From Hydrolagus colliei (Eukaryota): a stretch of 64,000 bases of DNA. The first letter of the stretch is position 1. The number at the start of each line of letters is the position of its first letter. This document shows, piece after piece, positions 60,850 through 64,000 of the stretch. A program made the position numbers and the translations under genes. The notes under the pieces were generated by a model, which had not been told where the DNA came from, did not search any database, and was given only the letters and a program-made list of their open reading frames with translations. The stretch is taken from positions 2,976,001-3,040,000 of the forward strand of contig CM068768.1 of assembly GCA_035084275.1 (NCBI GenBank), written 5' to 3'.

Positions 60850-61582
60850 GGTTCTGTAGCTTAGTGATTAGAGCACTGGCTTGCAAGTGAGAGACCTGTG
60901 TTTGATTCCCAGTAGGGTGAAATATTGGGCAAGTTTTCTTAACCCGTGCTTTTGGATGACTTCTCAATGTGAAAGGCATTATATAAGAACATAAGAATTA
61001 GGAGCAGGAGTAGGCCATTCGGCCCCTCGAGCCTGGCCCGTCCTTCAATAAGATCATGGCTGATCTTCTAATCTAAATCCACCTGCCCGTCTTATTCCAT
61101 ATCCCTTAATCCCTTTAACCATAAGAAATATATCAATTTCAGTCTTGAATATGTTCAACGATTGAGCATCTGCAGCCTTTTGGGATAGAAAATTCCATAA
61201 ATTCACTACCATCTGAGTGAAGAAGTTTTTCCTCAACTCAGTGCAAAAAGGCTGACCCCTAATCTTAAGACTATGACCCCTAGTTATAGTTTCTCTAACC
61301 AGAGGAAACTGTCTCTCACTGTCTATCATGCCCCTTAAAAATTATAAATGTAGTGTTGTTGTTGTACATCACACACCTCTGTTTACCTATCAATAGTAGG
61401 AACCTGATTGTTAGTTGATTGGTGGATTGCCTTTCTGGGAGTAATAATTCCTTCAAAAAAAATAGATTGGTTACTCACTCCACGACTGTTTGTGATACAC
61501 CGCTGTGCGCAATTGGCTGCTGTATTTCGCTCACAAAATATACAATCTGTTTACTTTACAGTTTATCTTGTGAAGTGCTTTT
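60850..61582 (+). mobile_element. tRNA-derived SINE interrupted by nested insertions (head 60850-60942, remainder 61365-61582)
   Basis: The head matches 40211-40305. The sequence resumes with CACACACCT and TCCACGACTGTTTGTG…GCTGTGCGCAATT as in the 40211 copy. Confidence 0.75.
60983..61345 (-). mobile_element. CR1 LINE 3' fragment (ORF2 C-terminus plus 3'UTR)
   Basis: ORF 61054-61329(-) reads TRGHSLKI…LRKNFFTQMVVNLWNFL…SLNIFKTEID, the CR1 ORF2 tail. It ends in (TTCTTATG)n-type repeats. Confidence 0.9.
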
Positions 61583-62167
61583 GTAAGGGTTAATTTATTT
61601 CCATGGCCCTGCGGTGAAGTAAGGATTGACACAAATTTTATACAATTAATCAAGTTTTATTAATTCAGATTAATAATGGTTACATAATTAAAAGTATACA
61701 ACCAATTTTGCTTAGATATCCATATATACAGTAGTTCACAGTGATTTAAGTTGGCCAAACCGAATGCTGCAGTAATAGAGGAGCAAATTTAATTTAATAT
61801 CCATTTTAATCCAAGTACATGCTATAGTATCCAAGGAATGAACACCGGCTGATTTTCCCTAGATTAACCAATCTGTGAGGACAATCTCCAGCCTGAATTG
61901 CTGTCCCAGCTGAGATCAGCAATTCATCACATTTCCTTATTGTATGGCATTATGTTGCATTAGACAGAGCTTTCACCGACTACTCCAGCAGTACCCGAAT
62001 GCACTGTCTATGGTCCCCAAGCCTTGGAGCTCGTTGACATCCTTAGTATAAGACTCTTAGTATAATTTTCAGAATTTTTAGCAGGTTGCTTCCTTTGGGA
62101 AGAAAGTGCATGCTCCATTCTATTCCACACACAGGGAAATTTCCAAGCAAACATGGAAATCTCAATA

Positions 62168-62556
62168 CAGTAAAAGCTTGTTTAGCTGGCACCCAACCAA
62201 CCGGAACGCTCAATCAACCAGTATCTCCCAATACAATTCACCATTCCAGCAAACGGATCTCATACCAGAGCCATCCGGGACACTTGCGAGTGTCACTTTG
62301 TGCATGCATACAATGCGTGCACATGCTCGCTCATTAAGCTTAACGAACGCTAGAATTTTTATTTTACCTATCATTTTACCGAGTGTGCTGGAATGCTTAA
62401 TTGGTAAGTATGCATACAATATTCTGTTATTATTAATCTAGTATGTTTAAAAAACATTTGTGCAGGATTTTCGCAACTTGCTGCTCGAATATCCGGCATA
62501 TTTAATTAACGACACCGGTAAGTTCCCGAGGGTGCTGGATAACAAAGGTTTTACTG
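62168..62556. mobile_element. Non-autonomous pogo/Tigger-like DNA transposon (MITE)
   Basis: TA|CAGTAAAAGCTTGTTTAGCTGGCACCC … GGGTGCTGGATAACAAAGGTTTTACTG|TA: imperfect terminal inverted repeats (TIRs) with TA flanks. Confidence 0.75.
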
Positions 62557-63229
62557 TAGTTCGCTTTGAATACTCTGATGGGTTTTCAAATATGGCAGCC
62601 ACACGGCTGATCAAAAAGAAAACCCGAGTCGAGAGGAGTATCGCGTAGCTCCTCTGAAGTTGTATCCACCTCAATCTGGAAGCCACTACTTTTGCATTCC
62701 AGAAAGGCTGCTGAAACATTGAGCTGCCATTAGCCACTGCTGCAATGTAAGGATTAGTGAGATCAGCTGTTCTCTTCTACTACTGTGGTAGTCTGCATCT
62801 CATTTTGTATAGCATGCATTTTAATGTATGATTGATATCCAAGAGTTTTTGCTTCTGGGATCAGGGAGAAATTTCACAAGATTTCTCCCTTGGGACTTTT
62901 ACTTGTCATTAATCTTCCTTAAATAAGTTGGGAAGAGTTCAACACGGTATGGATTGTACATGACCTGTTGGGAGGAAAAGATTCAATAATCCCTGTGGGG
63001 TTTTGGTTGCAAACTTTCCTTATGCATTCATTCATTTTTAAAACGATTTTCTTCCCCCTTCTCCAATTTCCTTTTCCACCTCCTGAAGACAATGACTTGT
63101 GTTTGGGAACCATTTCCCAGGTATCAGTCACCCAGCAGTACCTCAGCCCTGAGTCCAGAAACTATATGTTAGAAGGTTTATTGATATAGGGAATAGGGCA
63201 AAAGGGATCCGAGCCAAGACTGCTGCTGC

Positions 63230-63500
63230 TGCTTTGTCTATAAATCCCTTCATGGCCTGGCACCTCCACACTTTACTGACCGGCTTTTTTCTCACTCCAC
63301 AACCCACTGCCACCGCTCAGCTGGCTCTGGCCTCCAGCTTGTCCCTTATCTCCTCTGCTCTACATCGGTGTCCACACTCACATCCACTGTGATCCAAAGT
63401 TTTGGAATTCTCTCCCCCAGTCATTCTGCCTTGTCCCTTCTTCCCTTCTTTTAGTTCAAGACTGAAGAACTACCTCTTCTACCATGCTGATGGTTACCTC
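63230..63500 (+). mobile_element. Degenerate L2-clade LINE 3' fragment
   Basis: TCCCTTCATGGCCTGGCACCTCC…TGGAATTCTCTCCC (WNSLP)…CTGAAGAACTACCTCTT (LKNYLF) motifs in broken frames. Confidence 0.6.
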
Positions 63501-63602
63501 CTCCATACCCTTGGCTCAGCATCAGGCTTCGCCACTGTTAAACACTCTGAGTTGCTGCCAAAGTGCAAGACCATAAAAATACTTCAACGGAAAGACACAA
63601 TA

Positions 63603-63917
63603 CAGTAAAGTCTCGATAAGCCGGCATGGTTGGGCCCACTCACCTCCGGGATTTCTGTGTTTGCCGGTATTTAGAAGCTACCCTAGAAATGGCTGGGGAA
63701 GCCCTGCTCCATACACCACATGAGCTGTAAACACAGCACTGAAGTCAAACTATGACCAAGTGGCAACCACAGCGCCGGTCGACAGAGCAGCAACAGCTGT
63801 TCCGAATTTTGGGGGATTTACCAGACATCAGAAAAAAAAGGTTGTTTGTATTTTTAAATCTTGCCGGGTTTAGGGAGTTGCCGGCTTTCTGAATGTCGGA
63901 TTATAGAGGATTTACTG
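63603..63917. mobile_element. Second pogo/Tigger-like MITE
   Basis: TA|CAGTAAAGTCTCGATAAGCCGGCA … TGTCGGATTATAGAGGATTTACTG|TA: imperfect 24-bp TIRs with TA flanks. Confidence 0.78.
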
Positions 63918-64000
63918 TATATGGCTCTTGCACAAGTAGTAGTTTTACCTCATATCAATCAGTGCAGTGTTAGAAAAATGATTCTAACATTGCACAAATG

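Noticed and set aside
46000-64000. Additional protein-coding gene or prokaryote-type system (CRISPR, operon) in the 3' flank
   Set aside because: Only short ORFs without domains, apart from retroelement remnants, and no regularly spaced repeat-spacer array.

Overview
Vertebrate genomic DNA covering the anterior (3') part of a HoxB cluster, all genes on the + strand in the order mir-10a, Hoxb4, Hoxb3, Hoxb2, Hoxb1, followed by about 18 kb of gene-free flank with many repeats. The HoxB assignment rests on the miR-10a-type hairpin, a Hoxb1-type three-repeat Pbx/Hox autoregulatory element and the positions of several retinoic-acid response elements (RAREs). The tRNA/Deu-type SINEs, CR1 fragments and ancestral-looking Hox proteins suggest a cartilaginous fish, which is an inference. 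Many classical cis-elements can be read directly: B4U, ENE, Hox3 and Hoxb1 RAREs, HB1/CB1, CR3, the Hoxb2 Krox20/Meis/Pbx-Hox enhancer and the b1-ARE. I found no new protein-coding system. The best candidates for something undescribed are regulatory: upstream ORFs in three Hox leaders together with loss of the first Hoxb4 ATG, a Hoxa2-like enhancer in the Hoxb2 intron, a locally duplicated ~390 bp Pbx-Hox/Meis/Sox module 3' of Hoxb1, and miR-10 sites placed relative to alternative polyA signals. Comparisons with mouse or human sequences are from memory and need alignment.
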